A stretch of 57,179 nucleotides of DNA from Candidatus Micrarchaeota archaeon (lineage in GTDB: Archaea; Micrarchaeota; Micrarchaeia; Norongarragalinales; JAPLXB01): the NCBI GenBank assembly GCA_026396285.1, contig JAPLXB010000027.1, positions 1 through 57,179 of the forward strand, in the 5' to 3' direction. The notes beneath the pieces are model-generated. The model did not search any database, was not told where the DNA came from, and saw only the letters and a list, made by a program, of their open reading frames with translations. Positions 16,968 through 25,692 of the stretch are shown piece after piece (the stretch's first letter is position 1; each line of letters begins with the position of its first letter). Both the position numbers and the translations under genes were made by a program.

Positions 16968-18149
16968 TTTCGCGACCGCTTCGGCAATCCGCTCCAGTCC
17001 CTTCCTGATGTTGTCTTCCGAGGTGGCGTAACTTATCCGTATGTGTGCGTCGCTTCCAAAGGCAGAGCCGGGTACGACCGCGACTTTCGCTTCCTCCAGA
17101 ACATATTTTGCGAAACCGTTTGAGTTTTCTATCGTTGTTCCGCCCGGCGTCCGTTTTCCGTACAGCGCCGAAACGTTCGGGAAGGCATAAAAAGCGCCTT
17201 CCGGCTCAACGCAACTGATTCCAGGAATCCTGCGCAGGCCGTCAACGATTACGCGCCTCCTTTTAGCGAACTCTCTCGCCATCTCGCCAACGCAGTCCTG
17301 CGGCCCTGTGATTGCCGCAAGCGCGCCTTTTTGCGCAAAACTGGTGGGGTTTGACGTGCAGTGGCTCTGGATGTCGGACATTACTTTTATCACTTCCTTT
17401 GGCCCGGCCGCGTAGCCGATGCGCCATCCGGTCATCGCGTAAGTCTTTGAAAAGCCGTTGATGACTATCGTCCTTTCCTTTGCCCCGAGGGCCGCTATGC
17501 TGGCGTGCTTTTTTCCGTAAGTCATTTTTTCATAGACCTCGTCTGAAATAACATAGCAGTCGTTTTTTCCTGCTAATTCCGCGATTTCCGCCAGTTCCTT
17601 TTCCCCGTAAACCGCCCCAGTGGGGTTGTTGGGGGAGTTTATCACGATCGCTTTCGTCTTTTTTGAAACCCGTTCCTCGACAGCCGCCGGGTCGAGGCAA
17701 AAGCCGCTTTTTTCCGGGGTTTCAACAAACGCCGGTTTTCCGCCGCACAGTTTTATCTGCTCCGCGTAACTCACCCAGTATGGCGAGGGTAGGATCACTT
17801 CGTCGCCCTCTTCCACAATGGTTTGGAAAACGTTCCACAACGAATGCTTTGCGCCGCACGAGACTAGGACTTCGCCGGGAGAGTACTCGAGCGAGTTCTC
17901 CGTCTTGAGTTTTTCGCATATCGCCTTTCTCAGCTCCTCTATTCCGTTTGCGGCAGTGTATTTGGTGAAGCCTTTTTCCAGCGCGTCCTCCGCGGCCTTC
18001 TTGATGTGCGCGGGCGTGTCAAAGTCGGGTTCGCCTACGCCGAAGCCGATGACGTTGATTCCTTCCGACTTCATTTTTTTGGCCAGCGCGTCAACCGCGA
18101 GCGTCGGCGACGGGCTTATGCCAGCTGCTTTTCTTGAAATGCCCCTCAT
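16956..18149 (-). CDS. aspC: aspartate/aromatic aminotransferase, class I PLP enzyme
   Basis: GEPDFDTP, NSPNNPTG, PLP-Lys motif FSKTYAMTGWRIGY and RISYA. ATG 18149 (GTG 18158 is also possible). Confidence 0.9.
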   Translation of the reverse strand: MRGISRKAAGISPSPTLAVDALAKKMKSEGINVIGFGVGEPDFDTPAHIKKAAEDALEKGFTKYTAANGIEELRKAICEKLKTENSLEYSPGEVLVSCGAKHSLWNVFQTIVEEGDEVILPSPYWVSYAEQIKLCGGKPAFVETPEKSGFCLDPAAVEERVSKKTKAIVINSPNNPTGAVYGEKELAEIAELAGKNDCYVISDEVYEKMTYGKKHASIAALGAKERTIVINGFSKTYAMTGWRIGYAAGPKEVIKVMSDIQSHCTSNPTSFAQKGALAAITGPQDCVGEMAREFAKRRRVIVDGLRRIPGISCVEPEGAFYAFPNVSALYGKRTPGGTTIENSNGFAKYVLEEAKVAVVPGSAFGSDAHIRISYATSEDNIRKGLERIAEAVAKLGP

Positions 18150-18161
18150 GCGGCTCACCCC

Positions 18162-19625
18162 TCAACCCAAGCTTCTCCTGATTTCGCCGGCCCTGGTTAT
18201 TTCCTCCGTAACGTTTCCCCCCCGTGACAGCAGTATGCGGACGTTTGACGCGATGTTGCGGTGGATGAAGTGCTCTTCTTCAACCGGCCCAATGCCCTCG
18301 CCAAGGAATTCCTCTACGAGCAGTACGTCTTCCTTCACCCGCTTCCATGCAGTTTTCGCCGTAGCGAGTATTTCAAGGTTTTCCTTGTTCAGGAAATGCC
18401 CGGCGCGGACAAGGTCCTTGCGCAATCCCGTGTAAACGTCTTCAACTGCGTCGACAAGGTTCCTTTTCTCAAGTTCCCTCAGCGCCCGGCCAGCGCCGAT
18501 GAATTCCGGCGGCACGCCGACCGAGTAAAGCGCGGCGACGAACGCGATGGCGCGCGGCAGGCGCTTCTTTCCGACGTTGCGCGAGTAGCCGAACAGCCCG
18601 ATGTGGAGCCGCCTCTCGCGCCGCCTCGGAACGAATGCCGCCAGCCTGTTCACTTCCCCGGCGACGCCTTCAATCGTGCCAGTGTAAAACCTTTCAAACA
18701 CCCTTGACGCCTCAATGGCTTTTTCCCCGTCGACCGGCCCCGCCTTTTTCTTCAGCAGCCCCGGCAGCGCCGCGATTGCGTGCTTGACTTTTTTCAGCGG
18801 GTAGTCATACCTAAAACCCGACTGTACAGTGACAGTCCTGATTCCCGGGTATTCGCCGGCGAATTCCCTTACCGAATCCGGGGTGAGCCCTCCCCTGAAC
18901 GGCAGGCAGCCGACTCCTATTATGGGGTGCGTCCTTGCGCCGGTGTTTTCTTCCAGTTCCCTCAGCCGCGCCAACCCGGTTTTAACTCCAAGCACCGCCG
19001 CCGCACAGCCCGAATTCAGCGCCGGGTCAGAGCGCGCGAACCACACGCGGGTTTCATCAGCCTTTCTTTTCGCGAGATATTCCGCCACGATTTTGTCGGC
19101 GTTGGCCATCAAGTGGACTGTTTCAATCAGTGGAGTAACTTTTATTTCCCTGGGACCTGACGGTTTGAGGGCCTGGAAGGCGTTTGCGACTTCCCGGTAC
19201 CTGTCTTCTATGAACAGCACCTGCCTGGCCGCCGTAGTCATTGGTAGGTATGCTTCATTGATTGGTGGCGCGTGCACCCCGTATTCGGTCGCGAAGTCGT
19301 TGGCGGAAAGTATGCTAACGAACGCCTTGGCAAGGCGGTATTCACGCTCCTGCCAGATGTTTGGGAACCTGAATGTCAGCGTGATGTCCCGGCCCAGCTG
19401 TTTTTTCCTGAAGAATCCGCCGTAGTTTTCCAGGAGTTTCTCCACTACCGACTCGTCAGCGTGCTTGCCTTCCCAGTCCCAGAGGAACTCCTCGCAGCCG
19501 ATGTCCTTGAAGCACCGGTAGCATTCCTCGACTTCGTTCGTTGCGCTGACAAAACCGTCGCCGAGCCAGTAGGGAGCCCTGGCGTTGTCCGGGTGCTGGG
19601 TCGCCATCGTGGCTGGAACCTTCAT
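18162..19625 (-). CDS. ppcA: archaeal-type phosphoenolpyruvate carboxylase
   Basis: The N-terminal VPATMATQHPDNA signature and ~490 aa size are typical of atPEPC, as opposed to the ~900 aa bacterial Ppc. Confidence 0.85.
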   Translation of the reverse strand: MKVPATMATQHPDNARAPYWLGDGFVSATNEVEECYRCFKDIGCEEFLWDWEGKHADESVVEKLLENYGGFFRKKQLGRDITLTFRFPNIWQEREYRLAKAFVSILSANDFATEYGVHAPPINEAYLPMTTAARQVLFIEDRYREVANAFQALKPSGPREIKVTPLIETVHLMANADKIVAEYLAKRKADETRVWFARSDPALNSGCAAAVLGVKTGLARLRELEENTGARTHPIIGVGCLPFRGGLTPDSVREFAGEYPGIRTVTVQSGFRYDYPLKKVKHAIAALPGLLKKKAGPVDGEKAIEASRVFERFYTGTIEGVAGEVNRLAAFVPRRRERRLHIGLFGYSRNVGKKRLPRAIAFVAALYSVGVPPEFIGAGRALRELEKRNLVDAVEDVYTGLRKDLVRAGHFLNKENLEILATAKTAWKRVKEDVLLVEEFLGEGIGPVEEEHFIHRNIASNVRILLSRGGNVTEEITRAGEIRRSLG

Positions 19626-19746
19626 GGGGAACACGCTTCCGATTCAATTGCGCCGCGAATTATAAAAACAGGACTGGCTGCTGGGAAATCGCGGGAAAAG
19701 AATTAAGGAAAAATAAAAAGAGGAAAAAAATTAGCTAAGCCCGGCC

Positions 19747-19905
19747 TCACTTCGAGGCAAGGCCCTTTTTCTTTATCAGGTCCCAGATTTTTTTCGTCAT
19801 CTGGCTTGGCACTATGTCGCTTGTGCCGAAAACTTCGCCGAGCGTCGTGTCAGACACACTGGCGAAATTGACCTTGTATCCGCCGAAAGGAACTCTCTTG
19901 GCCAT
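19747..19905 (-). CDS. 52-aa mini-protein with SWIB/MDM2-like helix motif
   Basis: Not in the ORF track. The translation is MAKRVPFGGYKVNFASVSDTTLGEVFGTSDIVPSQMTKKIWDLIKKKGLASK. GGAGG lies 12 nt upstream of the ATG. L..VFG....P..MTKKIW.LIKKK.L resembles the SWIB core. Confidence 0.45.
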   Translation of the reverse strand: MAKRVPFGGYKVNFASVSDTTLGEVFGTSDIVPSQMTKKIWDLIKKKGLASK

Positions 19906-19965
19906 TTCAAACCAACTCCTCCCAACTTTTTGTTGGGAACGTTATGTGTTCAACCACGGTGTTTT

Positions 19966-20913
19966 TTAACCTTTCCCGGATTTTTTCCCCTCTTGCGCGC
20001 GGAGGACCGCCACGGCCGCGCCGGCAATCAGGAGAACAAGCACAGCCATTCCCGCAAGCAGCCCGCTGTCGTTGGTTTTTTCTTCCGGGGCCGCCGGAGT
20101 CGCGGTCTCTGACGGCAACGGAGTGCTTGAAACCGAAGGAGCGGGCGTCGCGCCCGGCGTTTGAGCCGGCGCTGGGGTCGCAGTGGGCGCAAAAACCGGT
20201 ATGTTTACCTCGTTGTCCGAATAATTGGTTTCCTGGAACTGGTTGCGCCCGACAACCACGTGAATCATGAATTCGTCGCTTGCGCCGGGCGATGCCGGAG
20301 TAAGCGTCCACGACGCGTTTTCAACCCTGACCACCACCGTCTCCCCGGGCCCGAGACGCGCTATTGCACTGTCGTTTTCCGCGTGCAGTATGTTTTCTCC
20401 GTTGCGGAGCAGCTCGGAAATGACGTTGATGTTGTAAAGCGTTAATTCGCCGCGGTTTTCTACAAGCTCCTCGGAAACGAAGTCTGAAACGCTCACAACG
20501 CCCCCGGCGTAATGAGTTTGCATTGTCTTCATCACAATTATTAGCGCCAAGTTCGCCTCAAGGACGCTCGCGTCAAGCGAGACGGAGTAATTTCCGCCAG
20601 CATACTGCGTTCCCAGCACAGTGAACTTCAGCCCGAGCGGTTCCAAGCGCGTGGTTTTTCCAAAATCCGCTCCAGGAATGTCAAGGTAAAACCTTCGTAT
20701 GCCGTACGGGGCGAAAAAAGTCAGCGAAACCAGGTCGCGGGAAACGAATCCGGCCTCTATTGAACTGTTGTTTTCCAGCATCACCCGGTCGCCAGGCAGC
20801 AGGGGGTGAACCCCGCTTCCGCTGAACAAGGCCGCCCAGCATTCCGCGGCAAAGAGCGAGAACAAAGCCAGCGATATGAGAAAACGCAAATTACTCAACA
20901 ACCAAATTAGCAA
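19966..20913 (-). CDS. secreted surface protein with C-terminal Pro/Thr linker and TM anchor
   Basis: N-terminal signal-like LLSNLRFLISLALFSLFAAE, NYSDNEVNIPV (CARDB-like), a PT-rich linker TATPAPAQTPGATPAPS, then the hydrophobic anchor LLAGMAVLVLLIAGAAVAVL followed by a basic tail. Confidence 0.6.
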   Translation of the reverse strand: MLIWLLSNLRFLISLALFSLFAAECWAALFSGSGVHPLLPGDRVMLENNSSIEAGFVSRDLVSLTFFAPYGIRRFYLDIPGADFGKTTRLEPLGLKFTVLGTQYAGGNYSVSLDASVLEANLALIIVMKTMQTHYAGGVVSVSDFVSEELVENRGELTLYNINVISELLRNGENILHAENDSAIARLGPGETVVVRVENASWTLTPASPGASDEFMIHVVVGRNQFQETNYSDNEVNIPVFAPTATPAPAQTPGATPAPSVSSTPLPSETATPAAPEEKTNDSGLLAGMAVLVLLIAGAAVAVLRAQEGKKSGKG

Positions 20914-21009
20914 ATTGTTTTTAAAGCGATTTGCCCAGAATTAACCAGATTATTTTTAAACTAACACAACCAAAAACAATCTAACGCAGTACCGTAAGAG
21001 GCGTTTTTA

Positions 21010-23376
21010 ATGGCTAGCCAGTTACTCGTCGCCTACATAAGAGACCGCCTAGGCCACGGTTATTCCCCCAGCGAAGTAAAGCAGCTTTTCGTCAACAGGG
21101 GGTGGCGGGAAATAGATGTGGACGTGGCAATTCAGGTTGCGCTCGGAAACGCCGGCCCGGGCCAGCCAGTCCAGCGCGCGCAGCCCGTACACTCGTTTCA
21201 GCAACCGCGCCAGCAGCCATCGGCGCCGCAGCGCCAACTGCCCCAGCCGTCAATGCCGGCGCCCGCTGCCAGCGAACGCACACTTCTGAACGCGCCCTCG
21301 TATTCGCCTTCGGTTTCAATCGACACAGCGAAGTTGACAAAAATCGTTGCAGGCCTTGCGGCAATGCTCCTCGTAATCGGCATCGCCTACGTGCTATTCT
21401 TCCAGTCGCCGTCCTCAACCCGGTTTGAAATAAAGGTAATGAGCGGGGAAAAGGCGCTTGACGGCGCGGAAGTGCGGGTTTATGACAACGGCAAACTCGT
21501 CGGAACCGCAAAAACCGTGAAAGGCGTGGCTGTTTTTTCCAATCTCCCGCCCAAACTGCTTACGTTCAAGATATCAAAAACAGGTTACGGGGAGATTGAG
21601 GAAAGCTATGACACCACGGCCGGTTCGGCTGCAACGACAGAACTGGTTTTGGCCAACGCGACCGAAGCAACCCCGACCCCGACCGCGACCCTGACGCCCG
21701 CCTCTAACGTGACTGCGCCGTTGATTTCCGGAATCAGCGTCAATGCCACGAACACAAGCGCGGCAATCAAGTGGATTACTGACAAGGCGTCCAATTCAAC
21801 CCTGCTTTATGGCTTAAGTGCCTCATACGGCCAATCGGCAGGCCAGAACGACAACACGACCAGCCACTCGGTTACCGCTTCAAGCCTCGCCGCGAACAAA
21901 ACTTATTATTACAAAATCGTTTCCTGCGCCATAGTTGGAACCGCATCAAACTGTTCTTCCGCCACAGGCACCCTAGTCACCATTACGCCGGTCATCACCT
22001 ATACGTGCAGCGGGACTCCGATAGGCCAGTGCATTCCAAGCACCGGGGACAAATGCATTTCCGATCCGTTTGCCGGCGCGGTCCCGTACCCGTCATGCAC
22101 GACGTGCGCCTGCCCAAGCGGGAAAACATGTAACACCGCCACCGGCGCATGCACCGCAAACCCGACTCCCACTCCCACATCAACACCCAGCCCCGGCTGC
22201 ACAGTTGGTGCAGCGTGTGGTACGACAAGCTGTTCCGCCGGCTACTCCGGTTCGTGCACCCAAACATATTCATCTTCTTGCACTTGCCAGTCTTGCACGC
22301 TGCCGACGTGCACGCTTCTTGTGCCAACAATATCCAGCGTAACAGCAGTTCCGGGAGATACCGCCGCAAGCATTACCTGGACAACGAATCACAATAGCAC
22401 GTCCGCGGTATACTACGGGACCACGACAGCATACGGTTCAAAATACCCGACATCACCTTCTGACAATGTCACGTCCCACACGCTTCTAGTAAGCGGTCCC
22501 CTCTCAACCGGAACACTTTACCACTATAAAGTCGAGTCATGCAATTCGGCAGGATGCACGAACTCAAGTGAAAGCAGTTTCATTACAACCGGGGCTGCGA
22601 CACTGGTTTATGTTTCTATGTCGCTGATGTCGCTGAACACGACGCTCAGTTCCGCTACCGTTCAATTCTCGCTTTCAGCGATTTGGTCTAATGGGACCAG
22701 TCCTGACGTTACCGAGGCGGCTTCATGGACCGACACGATAACCGGTGACACCGATGTTCTCAACAGCGCCGGACTGAAGGGAAAATTATCGATTGGTACG
22801 ACTACTCCGGGCTCGGGAACGATAACTGCTACATATTCGAGCAAGCAAAACATCACAAACACTATTTACGTTAAACAAGTTCCAACCGCCGCGCTCACAA
22901 TAAACCAGCCGACGTGGTCCGTGCTGTATGGTACTTCCACGACCGTTACCTGTAGCGCGTCAGCATGCACCGCCGCGCTGACCCGTGGAGGACAGTCGGT
23001 GTCGCCGATCGATACACAGACACTCGGGGCAGCCAGCTACCAATATATTTGTAGCATCGCGGAAACCGCCACCTGCACCGCCGCCTCAAACAGTAGCACG
23101 CTTATAGTCACTCCCAAGCCAATAACCTGTTCCTTCTCTAGCCCTGCCTTATGGTCTGCCATGAACAGCACGCCCGTGACCGTGTCTGCCGCGAATAATG
23201 AATCCCAGACACCTATCCTCACTTCAGGAGCGCCGTGGTGCGCCGTCTTGGGCGGGACCTGCACCGGAAACGCAGACAACGCCAACGGCACCCAGACCAG
23301 TTTCACGTTCACTTCCTCCTTCGCGGCAGGCAATTACTCGGGTTGCAGCAACTCATCGCAATTCACGATTACTTGA
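21010..23376 (+). CDS. large cell-surface glycoprotein-like protein (cytoplasmic N-domain, TM, FN3-like x2, Cys-rich module, Big_2-like)
   Basis: One TM segment (IVAGLAAMLLVIGIAYVLFF). Two FN3-like modules (ISGISVNATNTSAAIKWITDKASNSTLLYG...YYYKIVSC and ISSVTAVPGDTAASITWTTNHNSTSAVYYG..YHYKVESC). A Cys-rich stretch, and dozens of N-x-S/T sequons. Confidence 0.7.
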   Translation: MASQLLVAYIRDRLGHGYSPSEVKQLFVNRGWREIDVDVAIQVALGNAGPGQPVQRAQPVHSFQQPRQQPSAPQRQLPQPSMPAPAASERTLLNAPSYSPSVSIDTAKLTKIVAGLAAMLLVIGIAYVLFFQSPSSTRFEIKVMSGEKALDGAEVRVYDNGKLVGTAKTVKGVAVFSNLPPKLLTFKISKTGYGEIEESYDTTAGSAATTELVLANATEATPTPTATLTPASNVTAPLISGISVNATNTSAAIKWITDKASNSTLLYGLSASYGQSAGQNDNTTSHSVTASSLAANKTYYYKIVSCAIVGTASNCSSATGTLVTITPVITYTCSGTPIGQCIPSTGDKCISDPFAGAVPYPSCTTCACPSGKTCNTATGACTANPTPTPTSTPSPGCTVGAACGTTSCSAGYSGSCTQTYSSSCTCQSCTLPTCTLLVPTISSVTAVPGDTAASITWTTNHNSTSAVYYGTTTAYGSKYPTSPSDNVTSHTLLVSGPLSTGTLYHYKVESCNSAGCTNSSESSFITTGAATLVYVSMSLMSLNTTLSSATVQFSLSAIWSNGTSPDVTEAASWTDTITGDTDVLNSAGLKGKLSIGTTTPGSGTITATYSSKQNITNTIYVKQVPTAALTINQPTWSVLYGTSTTVTCSASACTAALTRGGQSVSPIDTQTLGAASYQYICSIAETATCTAASNSSTLIVTPKPITCSFSSPALWSAMNSTPVTVSAANNESQTPILTSGAPWCAVLGGTCTGNADNANGTQTSFTFTSSFAAGNYSGCSNSSQFTIT

Positions 23377-23388
23377 ACAGGTGATTTC

Positions 23389-23673
23389 ATGGCATTAAAA
23401 GTGACCGGCGAACAACTTATCAAGGAGTGGGAGGAGGCCGGCAAGAAAATGGCCGAGGCCCAGGAGCACTACCACAAGATTGACGACCTGCTCAAGCGCT
23501 ACACCGTTGAAACTGGCAAAAACCTGGTGCACTGCGACAAGTGCGGGAAACTGATGTTCGAGAACCCGTCCGAGGACTTCGGGAAGGGAAACTTTTTGCA
23601 CTGGAACTTCTGTTCCGACGCGTGCAGGGAAGTCTACTGGCGCGGCGCGCCAGCCCCCGAAGCAAGCCGCTGA
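23389..23673 (+). CDS. hypothetical Cys-containing protein
   Basis: ORF with HCDKCGK...FCSDAC (possible zinc site). The 3' end overlaps the convergent nth-like gene by 40 nt. Confidence 0.4.
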   Translation: MALKVTGEQLIKEWEEAGKKMAEAQEHYHKIDDLLKRYTVETGKNLVHCDKCGKLMFENPSEDFGKGNFLHWNFCSDACREVYWRGAPAPEASR

Positions 23674-24332
23674 TTCCTGCGCGAGTGCAGGCACGCTTTT
23701 TCCACGGGGCAGCCGCCGCACACCGGCCTTGTCCTGCAGTGCCTTTTGCCAAGCTCGACAAGCAGTGCGTGGAATTCGCCGAAAACCCCTGCATTGCAGG
23801 GAACGCTTTTCTCGAGAAAAACACGGGCTTCCTCGTAGCCGGTAAATCTTTTTTCAAGAGCCCTGTCCATTATGCGGCGGGTGTACGCGTCTATTACGAA
23901 GACCGGCTTTCCTCCTGCATAAAGGAGAATAGAATCTGCGGTCTCCGGCCCCACGCCGTCAAGTGAAAGCAACTCCTCGCGCGCAGCGGCCAGTGGTTTT
24001 TCAAAGAACTCGTCAAGGGTTGGGTAGTTTTCCGCAAAATATGCGGCGGTTTTCTCGAGCCGCGCGGCCTTCTGCCTGTAGAACCCCGTGCACTTCACGC
24101 ACGAGCGTATCGTGTTTAGGGGCGCGGCCGCGAGCGTTTCCGGGTTATCGGCGAGGTTTTTTTGCTTGAGCCGCGCGATCGCGTTTTCCACGTTTTTCCA
24201 CGCGGTCTGCTGGGCGAGTATGGCGCCGATAACTACTTCGAACCTGGTTTCCGCAGGCCACCAGTGTTGGGGCCCGAACGAGGACAGTAACGTTGCGTAC
24301 AGTTTTTTTGGCGACATTGGCGCGGGCGGCAT
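23634..24332 (-). CDS. endonuclease III-family HhH-GPD DNA glycosylase with 4Fe-4S loop
   Basis: FGPQHWWPAETRFEVVIGAILAQQTAW, HhH LLSLDGVGPETADSILLY, and Fe-S cluster CRTRPVCGGCPVEKAC. Start placed at MPPAPMSPKK, since the upstream track extension has poor composition. Confidence 0.8.
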   Translation of the reverse strand: MPPAPMSPKKLYATLLSSFGPQHWWPAETRFEVVIGAILAQQTAWKNVENAIARLKQKNLADNPETLAAAPLNTIRSCVKCTGFYRQKAARLEKTAAYFAENYPTLDEFFEKPLAAAREELLSLDGVGPETADSILLYAGGKPVFVIDAYTRRIMDRALEKRFTGYEEARVFLEKSVPCNAGVFGEFHALLVELGKRHCRTRPVCGGCPVEKACLHSRRNQRLASGAGAPRQ

Positions 24333-24391
24333 GGAATTGTTTTTTCCGAAAATGAAATAAATAGGCGCGCGTTCCCCTTTTTGGTGTTTTT

Positions 24392-24610
24392 TTGGCGAAA
24401 AAGGGCAAAGGCGGGAAAAAAGCGGTTGCCGGCGGCGCAGCGGGCGGAAGCCATCCCATTGACGAACTAATGACCATGCTTTCTTCCACTGGGAAAGCGG
24501 CTTCAAGGGTTGAAAAGGAGACGGTCGTGCTTTTGGTGTGCCTCAAGTGCGGGACGCGCAATCCCGGTGAGGCAAACTATTGCATGAAGTGCGGGCAGAA
24601 ACTCAAGTGA
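24392..24610 (+). CDS. small zinc-ribbon (DZR-like) protein
   Basis: C-terminal CLKCGTRNPGEANYCMKCGQKL. TTG start, and an internal ATG is possible. Confidence 0.4.
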   Translation: MAKKGKGGKKAVAGGAAGGSHPIDELMTMLSSTGKAASRVEKETVVLLVCLKCGTRNPGEANYCMKCGQKLK

Positions 24611-24810
24611 CTGCCTGCGGCCGTGCTGCAAAGCAATAAATGTCTTCACATCCACTTTCTTCCATGTTTGAGGATTTTTTGAAGGATCGTTTCGGCCACG
24701 GCGGCCCTGATGAAAACAGTGAGCGGAGCGAGCCGGTTTATTTTGACGAGGAAGACGAGCAGGGATGGTTTTTATAATGCAGGCGCGTTTCAGGTTTCGG
24801 GGTGGTTTGA

Positions 24811-25056
24811 ATGGGTGGGATTTGCTGGTGTGCAAAATGCATAGTTGGAAAAGTCATTGCCGCAGTATTGGGCGCGCTTGCGCTCGCGACTCTTGGCTAT
24901 TCCCTCGCAGGCCAGTTGAAAGGCGCGGACTTTTTGATGTCGGCAGGGTACTATCTGGTTGGTATCGTGCTGTGCATGGCGGCGAAGAAGGCGATGTGGT
25001 GCATTTGCTGCCAATGCGGATGTGAGTGCGGGGCGCCGGCAAAACGCAAGAAATAA
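24811..25056 (+). CDS. small Cys-rich membrane protein
   Basis: Two hydrophobic helices flanked by CWCAKC and WCICCQCGCECG clusters. Confidence 0.4.
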   Translation: MGGICWCAKCIVGKVIAAVLGALALATLGYSLAGQLKGADFLMSAGYYLVGIVLCMAAKKAMWCICCQCGCECGAPAKRKK

Positions 25057-25236
25057 GCAAGCGAAACTGCCGTTTCCGCAATTCAGAAAACACTTTGTTT
25101 TTCCTTTTCCTATTATTTTTTTCGGCCGCGCGCCGGTGTTTACCGGGGCGCTGGCTGTTTTGGAAAAACTTTTAAACCCCTACTCGTAGTAGGTGTGGGC
25201 GCTCAGACCCACTAAATGTTGTGCCAGGTTGTTTTT

Positions 25237-25692
25237 GTGAAATGTCCTTATTGCTCGCATGCCGAGACGAAGGTCGTCGACTCGCGGGAACCAGATGACT
25301 TTGCGTCAGTGCGCAGGAGGCGCGAGTGCCTGGAGTGCGGGAAAAGGTTCACCACGTACGAACGGGCCGAATTGGTGAAGCTTCTCGTGATAAAGAAGGA
25401 CGGGCGGCGCGAGCAGTTCGACAAGAACAAGCTTATAACCGGCATGTTGAAGGCCTGTGAAAAGAGGCCGGTCAGCGCCGAAGCGGTTTCGCATGCCGCC
25501 GACGAGATAGAGCGCGAGCTCAGGAGGATGGACACGACCGAGATACCGAGCTGGAAGATTGGCGAAATGGTTATCGAGCGGCTGAAGAAGACGGACAAGG
25601 TCGCTTACATACGGTTCGCCTCGGTTTACCGCTCGTTCGAGGACGTTGAATCGTTTGAGAAGGAAGTTAGCAAGCTGCTAAGGAACAAGTGA
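25237..25692 (+). CDS. nrdR: NrdR transcriptional repressor (zinc ribbon + ATP-cone)
   Basis: (M)KCPYCSHAETKVVDSRE...RRRRECLECGKRFTTYER, then ATP-cone VIKKDGRREQFDKNKL and VAYIRFASVYRSFED. GTG 25237 gives the canonical N-terminus. Confidence 0.9.
   Translation: MKCPYCSHAETKVVDSREPDDFASVRRRRECLECGKRFTTYERAELVKLLVIKKDGRREQFDKNKLITGMLKACEKRPVSAEAVSHAADEIERELRRMDTTEIPSWKIGEMVIERLKKTDKVAYIRFASVYRSFEDVESFEKEVSKLLRNK

Noticed and set aside
16595-17008. Alternative-frame 137-aa ORF overlapping 16620-16967
   Set aside because: It has an Arg/Gly/Pro-rich shadow composition. The other frame has a coherent acidic N-terminus, Cys motif and basic tail.
24640-24777. 45-aa acidic ORF between the zinc-ribbon gene and the Cys-rich membrane protein
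   Set aside because: It is short, has no RBS or motif, and cannot be distinguished from chance.
25179-25193. Canonical NrdR box upstream of nrdR
   Set aside because: The inverted repeat CCTACT-cgt-AGTAGG does not match the bacterial 16-bp NrdR-box consensus (acaCwAtATaTwGtgt). It is retained only as a generic candidate operator.
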